Source: Felis catus (Eukaryota). Taken from it: a stretch of DNA of 64,000 bases. The position numbers and the translations under genes were made by a program. The notes under the pieces were generated by a model. It did not search any database. It was given only the letters and a program-made list of their open reading frames with translations, and was not told where the DNA came from. Positions 51,715 through 62,651 of this stretch are shown here, one piece after another. Positions within the stretch are counted from its first letter, which is position 1; each line of letters starts with the position of its first letter. Where the stretch lies: positions 26,166,001 to 26,230,000 of the forward strand of contig NC_058368.1 in assembly GCF_018350175.1 (NCBI RefSeq), in the 5' to 3' direction.

Positions 51715-52753
51715 ACACGGAAATTATTCTCATCTAATTTCCGAAGATCTATATTGGGCCTGTAGGTAGTTAGGGGATGAAGAGGTGTTTGCGATGATTT
51801 GGAAGTCTCTGGTTACAACCTGGAAGAAGAATGTCTTTGGTGAAACATGAACCAAATTGTTCTCCTGCTCCTTTCCATTTGCCCTTTGTTTACAGTAAGA
51901 TTATGCAAATATACCTTTGAGTTGGGGGTGAGGGTAGGGAGAGAAAGTGGTCTCCTTTTTTGATTTCACTGCCATATAAAAGACCACTGTATAGGCAATT
52001 TTGTCTCCTAAAGACCAGACAGTAGATATTCAATTAATGACACTGAAGTTGGATCAAATTATCCTTCCTGTTCTTAGTTCTTCTAAGGAGAACAAAACTC
52101 TGCCTTTCCTCTCTTCTAGTTCTTACCCACGTAGCAGGCCACAGATTATTATGTACTTTAATTCTACATTAGGTGCTTTTCAGGGGGGAAAACCCCATAG
52201 TTTAACCTAATGAAGTGAAACATGTCTGCAATACAACGCAGATGAGATCAGCCATGGTTCTTAATATGTATTTGTGAGATGTTGAAAGTTCTTTCTTTTA
52301 ATCAGTCAATATGCTTTTGTTTGTTTTTACTGTCTATGTTTTTGCAGCACTATTATTCATGCGATACAACTCATCATGTACTTCGGATGAACAGAACAGC
52401 GAGGGGTGTTTTTAGTTGACTGCTGCTGCACAATTATCACAAGTAAGAAAATGAAGCAGTATGCTATTTTGGGGTTTCATCAACGTGAAGCTGGTTGTAA
52501 TTTCAATTTGTGAGATATGGTGAGGAAAATGAAAGTGGGGGAAGGGATGGTGGGGAGGTGAATGGGAAGGGAAGAGCGAAATGGGGTATGGTGTTCATTA
52601 TAAAACCTATGCGACATTATAAAATTTTTGACTTGTAGGTCAAAGCCATTTGAAAATATGTTAAGGCCTGAGTCTTAAATGATTGACTCATCTGGTATAA
52701 CTTGTAATAAGATGAATGCTATGTTAATGTCTTATTAGAACAGAATCATTGAT

Positions 52754-52977
52754 GGGGGCGCCTAGGTGGCTCAGTCGGTTGAGTGTCTGGCTTCGGCTCA
52801 GGTCATGATCTCACCATTAGTGAGTTTGAGCCCCGCGTCGGGCCCTGTGCTGACAGCTCAGAGCCTAGAGCCTGCTTCAGATTCTGTGTCCCCCTCTCTC
52901 TCCACCCCACCCCTGCTTGTACTCTGTCTCTGTCTTCCAAAAATGAATAAACATAAAAATAAAATAAAATTTAAAAA
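52754..52977 (+). mobile_element. CAN-SINE
   Basis: TSD agaacagaatcattg. Confidence 0.94.
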
Positions 52978-53230
52978 AGAACAGAATCATTGGAAACAGT
53001 GCCAAAGACTATTTTCTGTGGATATTTTCATAAGACAGATCTGGGTGGAAATGGTGATTTGCCTCCTCTGAAGATCCTACAGATCTGAGAGCCTTTGGAC
53101 ACTTGGATACTATGCTAAGTAAGTGTTATGTACTTCATTTAAAAACATATCCATAATGATCAGCAAGGTAGATTCCTTATTCTAACCTAAGTTATATAAT
53201 AGAAGGTGATTTTTATTATTCTGACAATTT

Positions 53231-53733
53231 TGGGGAGGAAAAATAATTTTCCCTCTACCCTTCTGAGTTCTTGGCTGAGACCGTTGTAATAGATTAACAA
53301 GAGAAAAACGAATTTATTAACAGGTATACCTCATGTATACACAGGAGACACTCAGGAACAATGAATAACTCTCTGAGGTGTCTTTAGAATTCAGGATTAA
53401 ATGCTATCTTTATAGGAAAAGGGGAGCAGAGATATAGGCCTCTTGGGGGAGAGTGAATGATTTTTAGGAAAGATAACTGGGCCATTAGAAGAATAGATGA
53501 GAGGCATGGTAGTTTGTGACAAAGTTTGTCTGAGTGTGGTGTTGACCTGAAGTTTCCTCTCCAGGACAAGAATCATGTTCCTTGGTTGAGGAAACTCCAG
53601 GGGAGGGCATCTATGACAACTGAGTTCCTTTTGGAAAATATGTCTTCAGGTAAATAAAGGGAGTTCAGAGAAAGCCCTGCATTTGCGTTCTAAGTACCTA
53701 CAGCTCAAAATATCAATATACCAAAGTAGCATG
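53231..53733 (-). mobile_element. ERV1-like solo LTR (MER34/MER39-like)
   Basis: ggaaaaataattttccctctacc...cagctcaaaatatcaatataccaaagtagcat; similar architecture to 13061-13481. Confidence 0.65.
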
Positions 53734-56094
53734 CCAACAGTGTCCTATTATTCTTTACAATCATGAAAAAAAGAAAAAAATGTTTCATGCAGGAGGAAGT
53801 GCAAAAAAAAAATAGCAAAACCCTCATTTGATATTAACACTTCAAAATGGAAGTTTTGACTGATAGCCAGTAAGTTTTTAGACATATTAACTAGGTCAAG
53901 CTTTAAACAATGGATCATTTTATCTGAAATTACTCTATTCATGGTAGGCTTTGTATGAGGTCTGTGACTAGTCATGTCAAGTTAGTTCTTAGAAAATAGC
54001 TCTGGAGCTCATCTGATTGGACGAAGCATATGAATTCTTCATATCCTTAAACTAGGATGGAAAGAATGCATTTCCAGAACCTGCAAATGCTGAAGATTCC
54101 AGTTCTCATCAGTATTTAACATAATGCACTGTCCCTAAACAAATGCAAAGCTATCAGAAAAGGAGATAGAGATTCAACTCATATCTTCTTACCATTTTCA
54201 CTGGACTTTGCTGCTTACAAAAAAAAAAAAAAATGCTTTGGGCATGATGTTCCATGAAAAAGAGTAGTCAGCAAGTTGTTATAGGCTTAGGTTGGACAAG
54301 GAGAATTTTACAGAGATCAAGTACAGAAAGAACAGAGAAGGAAATTTAATACCATTGAATGCCCTTGACCAAAAGTTTGATAATGAGCTTGTTTCCTAAT
54401 GTCATAATTTCTGAGCTTAATGTGCTTCAGAAACGTCTTGTGAAAAGTCTAGTAGTAAAGTTCATATGATAAATTATGTTGAGAACATTATTACATAATG
54501 TGGAATTTAAGAAATTCTTTTTATTGAGTGCCTATCATATGCTTGACAAAATAAAGAAAATTTAGCTCCTTTCTCAAGATGCCTTTCATTGGAAGTATTT
54601 CTCTCAAAACTCTTGTTTTTGTCAAATAATTTGGGATCAGTGTTGGGATAATATAGAATATTACCTCATTTTATTCAAATATGTATTGATATAGGTATCA
54701 TTTAACAACTATTTTTGTAATGCCGGTTATGACTTGAGTAAGGAAGATGTTCAGAAACTCTTTTAAAATCAAAGTTAAACCACTGAGGTGGCATTATCAT
54801 GTGATCTCATTCCTATCTATAAATAACTAGAGCAAAAAAGCACCTGGACCTTCTCTTCCCTTTTTTTGATGGAAAGCTTGGTTGGCATCTTTGCAATTAA
54901 CTTTATATTTAACTTTATATATTTAGGCTGACTCTGTTATAGACTTAACTTTTTTGATTCTGACAAGTGTGTATTGTATGGTGTGGAATAAAACAAATCA
55001 ATTATGTTGGGCTTTTCCCACCTAAATTCAATCTCACGCTTTTCTTTGAAATTCTAATATCTCTTTAAATCTGTCTAATTTTATCATTTATATAGAAGGG
55101 TTTTGGAAACAACTTCCATATGTAAGCAGTGCTGTTGCCTGTAACAACATGTGGTCATAATATTAATAGTATTTTGTCTTGTGCTTCTGACTCCAGTTCA
55201 GCTTGTATACATCTAGGATTTTCTCTTCTTTTTTTTAAGGTATTAAAATAAGAAAAGATTTTGGCCTTTAAGACTAATGATTTCCTGTTTTTCTTCTATA
55301 GTGAAATTAACTGGAAACGTCAATTTAAGTATGTTAATAAAAACTATCAATTTTCTTCTCAAAGATAAAGTCAGAGCAGAGGGAGAAAATGAATGACCAA
55401 AGGAAAATTCCATACTAAGGAATGACTTCAATAGCCATTCCTTTTCCTTGAGCGTTGAGCTTGAGATAAACCTGTGTTCAAGAACCTAATCTTTAAATAC
55501 AAAGAGATACTGGCTGCTCTTTGTGCTTCTTGACCTGGTTTTGGTTCATGTATGGTGGAGGTCTTATTAGAATTATGATACAAACAAAAATAATGAATGT
55601 GTTTATTTCTATAACTTTAAGTATACGAAACGATGTACAAATACAAATTGGTCCTTAGAACATATTGAAAAGGCTAGGCTGTTATTGTCTCTCTTCTACA
55701 GGCGCTCATGTTCAATAAATGCTAATTGCTAAAATGGGAAAACATTTATCTTGTCCTATATAGACGGCGTTCCTCAATTGTGTGTGATTAATGCCTTTTT
55801 TCCAAGCATTCGACATGTGCTTTTGATCAGCGAAGGATCATCCAACTTATCAAATGGCTGTTCTGTTCATTTATGTCCAATTCCTACGTGGCCACAGTAG
55901 ATTCTGTAAAATGTACATTCTTTCTTAGAATGTCTCTACGTCGGGAGAAAACGATGCTTCCCAGATTCTTTGAAGATATCTCATTAGAAAAATCAAAACA
56001 TGAGTATTCTGTAGAAATTTAACTTTGGAGCTAGAATTGGCAGGAAGCTGATTTAACAATATGTCTGGAGGCAGCTGTGAAGGGCTGTGCAAGT

Positions 56095-56265
56095 GATTTG
56101 CATCTTAGTCCCACTACTTGCCAACTTCTCTGCACCTCACTTTACTCATTTGTAAAATGGGGGAGTTACAGTCCCTACTTTATACTGTTGCGAGGATGGA
56201 GATAAAACACTTAAAGCATTTAGAATAACACGTAGCACAGAGCAGGCATTAAATAAATATTAGCT
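56095..56265 (+). mobile_element. MIR
   Basis: cttctctgcacctcactttactcatttgtaaaatgggg core. Confidence 0.75.
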
Positions 56266-56810
56266 CTCATCTGGGGAGATTTAGAGTGTTATTTCATTAC
56301 AGATTTAAAAAAAAACTAAATTAACAAATTATTTCTTTCTTCAATGTCACTTCACAGTTTTGTAGCAGAAGTTAAAAATGATTTTTTTTTTTTAAGTTGT
56401 GAGACAATTCTCCAAGTTAACACATTCATAAGTCAGAAACGACTGACTATAGCAGAATCTGCAACATTTACATTTGGTCAAACAAGGGAAATAGTCTTTT
56501 ACTCTCTTCATGTGGAAAAGCTGTATGCAATTAGTGTGTGTGCAGCATATCTTTCTTGGCATTCAAAAGCATTAAAAGAACACTCATTAATTTCCAAGAG
56601 AGTTTTGAAAAATGCTAGTCCCTAGAGTTCAGACTGCTTTTTTTAGAAAAATGTCTCAACACAAAGGCATGGAATCTGAAATTAAGAGGACCTGAATACC
56701 CAGATTTAGGTATAAACTTTGGACAAGTTATTTAACCTCTCTGTGATCACTTCTAAAATGACAATGATAATGTCTTCTCCTTCAAAGGATAGAATTAAAT
56801 GAGCTAATGT

Positions 56811-57276
56811 GGGGCACCTGGGTGGCTCAGTCAGTTAGCGGCCGACTTCGGCTCAGGTCATGATCTCTTGGTCCGTGAGGTCGAGCCCTGCGTCGAGCCC
56901 TGCGTCGGGCTCTGTGCTGACAGTCAGAGCCTGGAGCCTGTTTCAGATTCTGTGTCTCCCTCTCTCTGACCCTCCCCCGTTCATGCTTTGTCTCTCTCTG
57001 TCTCAAAAATAAATAAACGTTAAAAAAAAATTTTTTTGGGGGGGGCACCTGGATGGCTTGGTCGGTTAAGCATCCGACTTCGGCTCAGGTCATGATCTCA
57101 CAGTCTGTGAGTTCGAGCCCCGCGTCGGGCTCTGACAGCTCAGAGCCTGGAGCCTGTTTCAGATTCTGTGTCTCCCTCTCTCTCTGCCCCTCCCCTGTTC
57201 ATGCTTTGTCTCTCTCTGTCTCAGAAATAAATAAACGTTAAAATAAATAAATAAATAAATAAATAAATTTTTTAAA
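56811..57276 (+). mobile_element. Head-to-tail CAN-SINE dimer inside a MIR
   Basis: Two SINEs (56811-57037, ~57040-57276) within one TSD taaatgagctaatgt at 56796-56810 and 57277-57291. Confidence 0.93.
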
Positions 57277-57403
57277 TAAATGAGCTAATGTGTAGCAGTG
57301 TGACCCCTAAATCGTAAATTAAAACTTCTGAATTCAAACTTCTTTTATTTTGTAAGCATATCTCCTTTGAGGATATAAAATTGTTTCACTGACTAGAAAC
57401 ATA

Positions 57404-57616
57404 CTTTTTTTTTTTTAATGTTTATTCATTTATTTTGAGAGAGGGAGAGAACACGTGAGCAGGGGAGGGGCAGAGAAAGAGGGAGAAAATTCCAAGCAGG
57501 CTCCTCGCTGTCAGCGCTGAGCCAGACTCAGGGTTCAATTTCACCAACCGTGAGATCGTGACCTGAGCTGAAATCAGGACACGGATGGTTAACCAAGTGA
57601 GCCACCGAGGCGCCCC
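57404..57616 (-). mobile_element. CAN-SINE
   Basis: Poly-T, body, head; flanks agaaacat. Confidence 0.9.
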
Positions 57617-57785
57617 AACCAGAAACATTGAAAATTTAACAAATGCTGCAAAAACTAATCAATTATAAGCTAAACCGTACTCACTGAAATTTGAGTAAGA
57701 AATTTCAAAATAAGCATTTTGTGCTATTTACAAAAGTCAAATAGCATATACTACTTCTGGTCTCATCTAAAAAATCTTCCAGAGA

Positions 57786-57960
57786 GGGGCGCCTGGGTGG
57801 TTCAGTTGGTGAAGTGTCTGACTCTTGATTTCTGCTCAGGTCAGGATCTCACGGTTGGTGGGTTTGACCCCTGCATCAGGCTTCCTGCCGAATGTAGAGC
57901 CTGCTTGGGATTCTCTTTCTCTCTCCCTCTCTGTCCCCGCCCTGCTCTTGAGCACGCGTG
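57786..57960 (+). mobile_element. CAN-SINE lacking A tail
   Basis: GGGGCGCCTGGGTGG head and CT tract, no tail. Confidence 0.85.
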
Positions 57961-58805
57961 CTTACTTTCATGTTTATAACTTGTTTACCATTTTGACTTT
58001 TTTTCCAGATGACATTTAAAAGTTACAGGTAAGTAATATTGCATGACTGAAGCACTGGTTAGCTAGAATTACTAGTGGAACAGTGGCATATTTTCTGTAC
58101 ACATTTCTCTTTAATATGCCTTTGCCACTCACAGCCTTCCTGCTCTTTGAGGGAATTACTTTTGGAGAATCACTTGGTTTTAAATACTGACCTATTTCAT
58201 AGTTCTCACAAACAGGTGACTTGTTATAATATTCAGCCAATTTTCTATTTTATGGTAGGAAAATCACTAAACACAGCCAAATAGACATGTTGGTTTGCAA
58301 CGTTGCAACAACTAGATTTAAAGTGAACACTGCACTGTAGACTGATCTTTTAGTCAATAGAGAGGAATTCAGAGCTACACCTTCAGGATATAAACAGGGG
58401 AAATTCAGTCTTTCAAAAGGCAAAGGATAACTCTACTGAGTTCAAAGGATTTAATGACTTCATTACACATAGTAGTAGGCATTTAATATCAATGCAAAAA
58501 GAGTCCAGACTTTTTTTCATTAAAAGGTGGTAACATGAAAATACCTGGCTGTTCAAGTGTTTGTTTTAATGTACTTGTATTCAGGTATTCCTGGTCACAG
58601 AAATGCTGGCAACTGAGAGATATATAGAGGTTTTTAAAATTCAAGTTTCCATAATTGTGGAGTTGCTCTTTATATCTGAGTGAGGCTTGATAGAGCCTAC
58701 ATAGGAATTGCAAAGTGATATGGCAGACAAAAACGAAACACATTTGAAAAGACTATTTTCTTATGACTTACATTCTCCTGGAAGTTAAGAAAAAAAAAAC
58801 TCCTT

Positions 58806-58958
58806 AAATTTTTTTTTAATGTTTATTTATTTTTGAGAGACAGAGTGTGTGGGAGGGGCAGAGAGGAGGGTGGGGAGACACAGAACCTGAAGCAGGCTCC
58901 AGGCTCTGTATTATGACCTGAGTTGAAGTCGGATACTTTCTGAGCCACCCAGGCGTCA
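58806..58958 (-). mobile_element. CAN-SINE with internal deletion
   Basis: Body shortened between ggctctg and atgacctg. Confidence 0.85.
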
Positions 58959-60749
58959 CCAAAAAAGCGCCTTTTAAAAGAAATAATGTTACTCCCCTTC
59001 CATCAAAACAGCCCTAAACAATATCCTTTACTACTGGTTATCAGAACAAGTATCTGCTTTTATAGGATTATCTCACCTCATTCTGTCAACTTTAGGTTAA
59101 GACTTTGTTTCTTCTGCTTCTAACCATATCAGCACAATCATAGAGGGTATTTAGGGTCCAAGTGGGAGTGTTGAGCTGTTGTTTGGGGTGGACCTAATGC
59201 AACATTTTTAGAGATCAAGAGCATTTTCTTTCACACTAGTCCAAAGAAACATTTTGCCTATCTACATTCCATTGCAGGTTCAAGTGGCTAAGATAGCTTC
59301 TTTTTCCATTCACAAAGTGTTGAAATAGTAGGTCAGATTTACATTTCGACAAAGGATGGCCCCTATTAACCATCCTTTTCACTTGCAACAAAAGCTGTCG
59401 AGGGTATTAAAAAGATGATTTTTGTAAAATACACAAATGGCCATGGGTATGTAAAAATACAATCACTCATATATTTATGAATATCATAAGACAAGTACGA
59501 TCTCTTCAAGTGTATTTGATTTTCATTACCACACCATTTTCAGTATTTGGGAGCACCTACTTTGTACCTAGTGCAGAGCTCCACATTAGCAATTTAAGGT
59601 GAAAACTGTAGTCCTGCCGTTTTGGTTGAGTGGAGGGGGGGAGGGGGGCGGAGACCACAGAAATAACAGCAATACATCATGGCTTTGATACAGGATATAC
59701 ACAGGACGTTGAGGGTGCATTTCTGTTCAGTAATATAAGAGAATGGAGACACTGAGGGATGGAATGAAGAAAATAGTTTAGAGAATCCTAAAGGTAATGC
59801 GCTGAATTGACAACTAGAGGTCTATAAAACTCTGCAAGAGAATTCAGCTCTTTATGCTTAAACAAGCTCCTGAAATAGGATTATAGATCTGTAAATCTGT
59901 GAGATTTCCTGAATTAGAAGTCTAACCATAAAAGTTTAGTCGCTCAACAGCCTAGGTCAAAAAAAAAAAAACAAAAAACAAAAAACAAAAAAACTCTCTA
60001 GGGTTTTCCATATCAGTTTGTTGCTAATTCCTGAGCGAGAAGTACATTCTCGCTTAGTAGTACATTCTAGTTTAGAGCTAGAATGTTTTGACGTGTAATG
60101 CTAGGGAAGCAACTTCCAGTAAACTGCCTCCAATCAAACCTAACGTTGCTTTGTAGAACTATGCTCAGACCAGGCAGGTTTTTTTTTTTTTTTTTTTAAC
60201 TGAAATCACAGTAGGCTCTTTTTCCTTTTCCAACCCTAAAAGGTAGTCTTCATTTATCACTGCACTTGTGTTACCACTAGGACTTTGTCTTTTAACTCAA
60301 ACCTCTGGGGGCTATATAGCCTGGACAATTAAACGAAAAGACATCTCTGCTGGAGATAAGCTCCACCTGTTGAGGTCAATTAGTTTACTGGGCTGGGCTG
60401 CTTCTTCCCTCCAGGTAGGGATGGACTGCAAGCACGCCCTCTCTAGCGAAGAGCCTACCCGGGAGGCACTTAGGTAGTTAAGAGCAAACAGCTGCAACAT
60501 CTGCCCGCTGGCGGCTGGCCCTCCCTGCTCGTCGAAGGGCGAGGGGGGGGGGGGACCGCATGGCAGCCGCAACGACACTGCACAAAAGGCAGCACCTATC
60601 TCCTCGAAGACACTTCGGCTTTCCGTGGACAGCCGCGCAGCTCCCGGCACAGGGGCCTCCGCCTAGAGGGCGCGGGCGACGCGGGCCGGGGGTGAGCCCA
60701 GGTGCGGCGAGGGGGAGGAGGGCTCCGCCACGCGCCAAGGAAGAAAGCC

Positions 60750-60756
60750 TGACTCA
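60750..60756. promoter_or_regulatory. AP-1 site TGACTCA
   Basis: Exact heptamer inside the CpG island; a short motif that could be chance. Confidence 0.35.
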
Positions 60757-61234
60757 TGTCGTATCGTGGCGGTGGCGGCGGGCTCCTGGGAACTGAAACT
60801 CGTGATGCTGTTGCTGCGGAGAAAAGCCTCATTACCCATTCCGCAGGCGGGGAGGGGGGCGGGGGGAACACCATCCAGGACGCGTACGCCAGAGACCCAA
60901 GGCTCCAGCAGCCTCCGCGGGCCCCACCCCACCGCGCCCCTTCCCCTGCCGCGTGCCCGCGCGCGCGTGCGCGCGCACCGGCCGCGTGAGAGAACAGAGC
61001 GGACACACCTAACCTGCGCGCGCCCCCACCCTGCCCCACCCCCCACTCAGGCCGCAACTCACTGGCCGACCCGGATTCGCTCCCCCGGCCGAAATTCCCC
61101 ACCCCCACCACCCTCGGCGTCGGCGCCTCCGCGAGTCTTCGGCAATTTCCGTCGGGAGACCCAGCACTCGGCAAGGCCCGAAGCCCCGCCGCCTCCTTCT
61201 TCGCCGGACCCGGCTTTATGTCTGCGGCGCCGGG

Positions 61235-61256
61235 GCGCATGCGCAGACGCCATCTT
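61235..61256. promoter_or_regulatory. Adjacent NRF1 (GCGCATGCGC) and YY1 (CGCCATCTT) motifs
   Basis: Consensus matches at 61235-61244 and 61248-61256. Confidence 0.7.
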
Positions 61257-62207
61257 CCCTCCTTCTCCTTTGCTTGCCCCCTCCCCCCGCCACCACCGCC
61301 GCCGCCTCCTCTCGCCGACGGTCGCCCCTCCTCCTCCTCCTGCGCTCGGGCGCTGGTCCCTCCTCTCCCGTTGCCGCGAGAGACTGGGGGATACGGTGGA
61401 GCCGGAGAAGAGCACTAGTAACAACCACCACAGCCCCCTCCCCGCCCGCCGCCCTCCCTCGGCACCCACCCACTCACCCGCCCCGTTTGCCGACACCGAC
61501 CAACCCCACCTCTCGTTCCTTTGAACGGCGTCGGCTGCAGTCGCTTGCACCAGCCCGTCTGGCCACCAACGCCGCCGAGAAAGGAGCCGCCGCTGCCTGC
61601 GGCCCCCTCCCGCCCGGGCCGCGGGAGCAGCAGGGTGAGGACGAGCCGGCTGAGGAGGAAGAGGACAGGAGCAGCTCGCACCCCTCTGCGCTAGCGCACA
61701 TCCCGCCGCCCTCCGGGGAGGCTCGGGCGCCGGCCCCTTCCTCCCCGAGGACGTGTGCCGAGCCGAGGCGCCTGCCCTGAGGGAGGAAAATGCTCGGGCT
61801 CCATGGCTGCCAGTGATGGAGCGGTCCCTGGGCTCCCGCTGCCAGTGCCGCCGCCGCGCCCCGGCCGTGCTCCGCGAGGACCCGGCGTCTCTGCGCGCCC
61901 GCCCGCGCCTCGTTGCTGGGCTCACCGTACCGGGCGCCCCGCCGCCGCCCCGCTCCGAGCCTCGCCGCCCCGGCCCCAGCCGCGGCCAGCGTTTGCTCAC
62001 GGAACAGCCGCCGCGAGCCCAGGGGGTTTGAAAGGGTCCGAGGGGCGTGGGGGGAGGGCCGAGCGGGGACAGCGGGGCCGGGAGGGGAGGTTTGAGCGAC
62101 ACTGAGCTCGGGGCTCGCCGGCGGCGGCGGCGCTGGGGGTGGCGAGGGGAAGGCGACACTCGCTCCGCGCTGCTTTCGTGCAGAGCGACCGGGAGGGTTT
62201 TGCAGCG

Positions 62208-62228
62208 GCCGCCGCCGCCGCCGCCGCC
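62208..62228 (+). repeat. (GCC)7 trinucleotide repeat
   Basis: Direct reading. Confidence 0.9.
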
Positions 62229-62353
62229 GCGGCGGGAGGAGGGGTTGAGGTGGCTTTTGAGTTGTCGGGAGAAGGTGGGCATTTCTCGGTTTTCCCACCC
62301 CCTCCACTTGTCTCCCCCTTGCCTTGTCTTCCCCTCCCTCCTGCCCCGCACCC

Positions 62354-62373
62354 CACGTGAAGCGGAATATAAA
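62354..62373 (+). promoter_or_regulatory. E-box (CACGTG), ETS-like (GCGGAA) and TATA-like (TATAAA) cluster
   Basis: CACGTG 62354-62359, GCGGAA 62362-62367, TATAAA 62368-62373, ~280 bp upstream of the ATG. Confidence 0.5.
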
Positions 62374-62651
62374 GGGGGGTGTGAGACTAGAGGGGAAAGT
62401 GAATGGCGAAGGACTGAAGGGGTCCCCCCTTCGGGTCCCTGGCCGCCCTGTTCACCCTCGTTCATCCTCCCTTCCCGAAGCTCGCCCTCGAAGGCAGGAG
62501 CGGCCGGCGCCTTCGGCTGAGGAGGAGGAGAAGGAGGAACCGCGCCGGGCGGAGCGTCAGGTCCCGTTTTCCTCCCCGGCGTCTTGAATACAAAGATTAC
62601 GGTGCAGAAGGAAATTGCACTCGCCTCCTCCGCCCCCCGGTACCCGACACA

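Noticed and set aside
728..58019. Recurring 60-130 aa ORFs such as MAQSVKRPTSAQVMISRSVSSSPASGSVLTAQSLEPASDSVSPSLSAPP
   Set aside because: Translations of CAN-SINE copies, not a gene family
717..58958. Dispersed near-identical ~200-bp units resembling a repeat array or tRNA genes
   Set aside because: tRNA-derived SINE heads with A tails and TSDs; no cloverleaf and no regular repeat-spacer structure (not CRISPR)
61630..61640. CAGG/GTGAGG as donor of an upstream exon
   Set aside because: Plausible, but a lone motif that cannot be supported without transcript data
60478..62587. Other GC-rich ORFs in the island (e.g. 252 aa at 60766, 277 aa minus at 61474)
   Set aside because: Mostly non-ATG starts, low-complexity P/R/G/A products, expected in a CpG island
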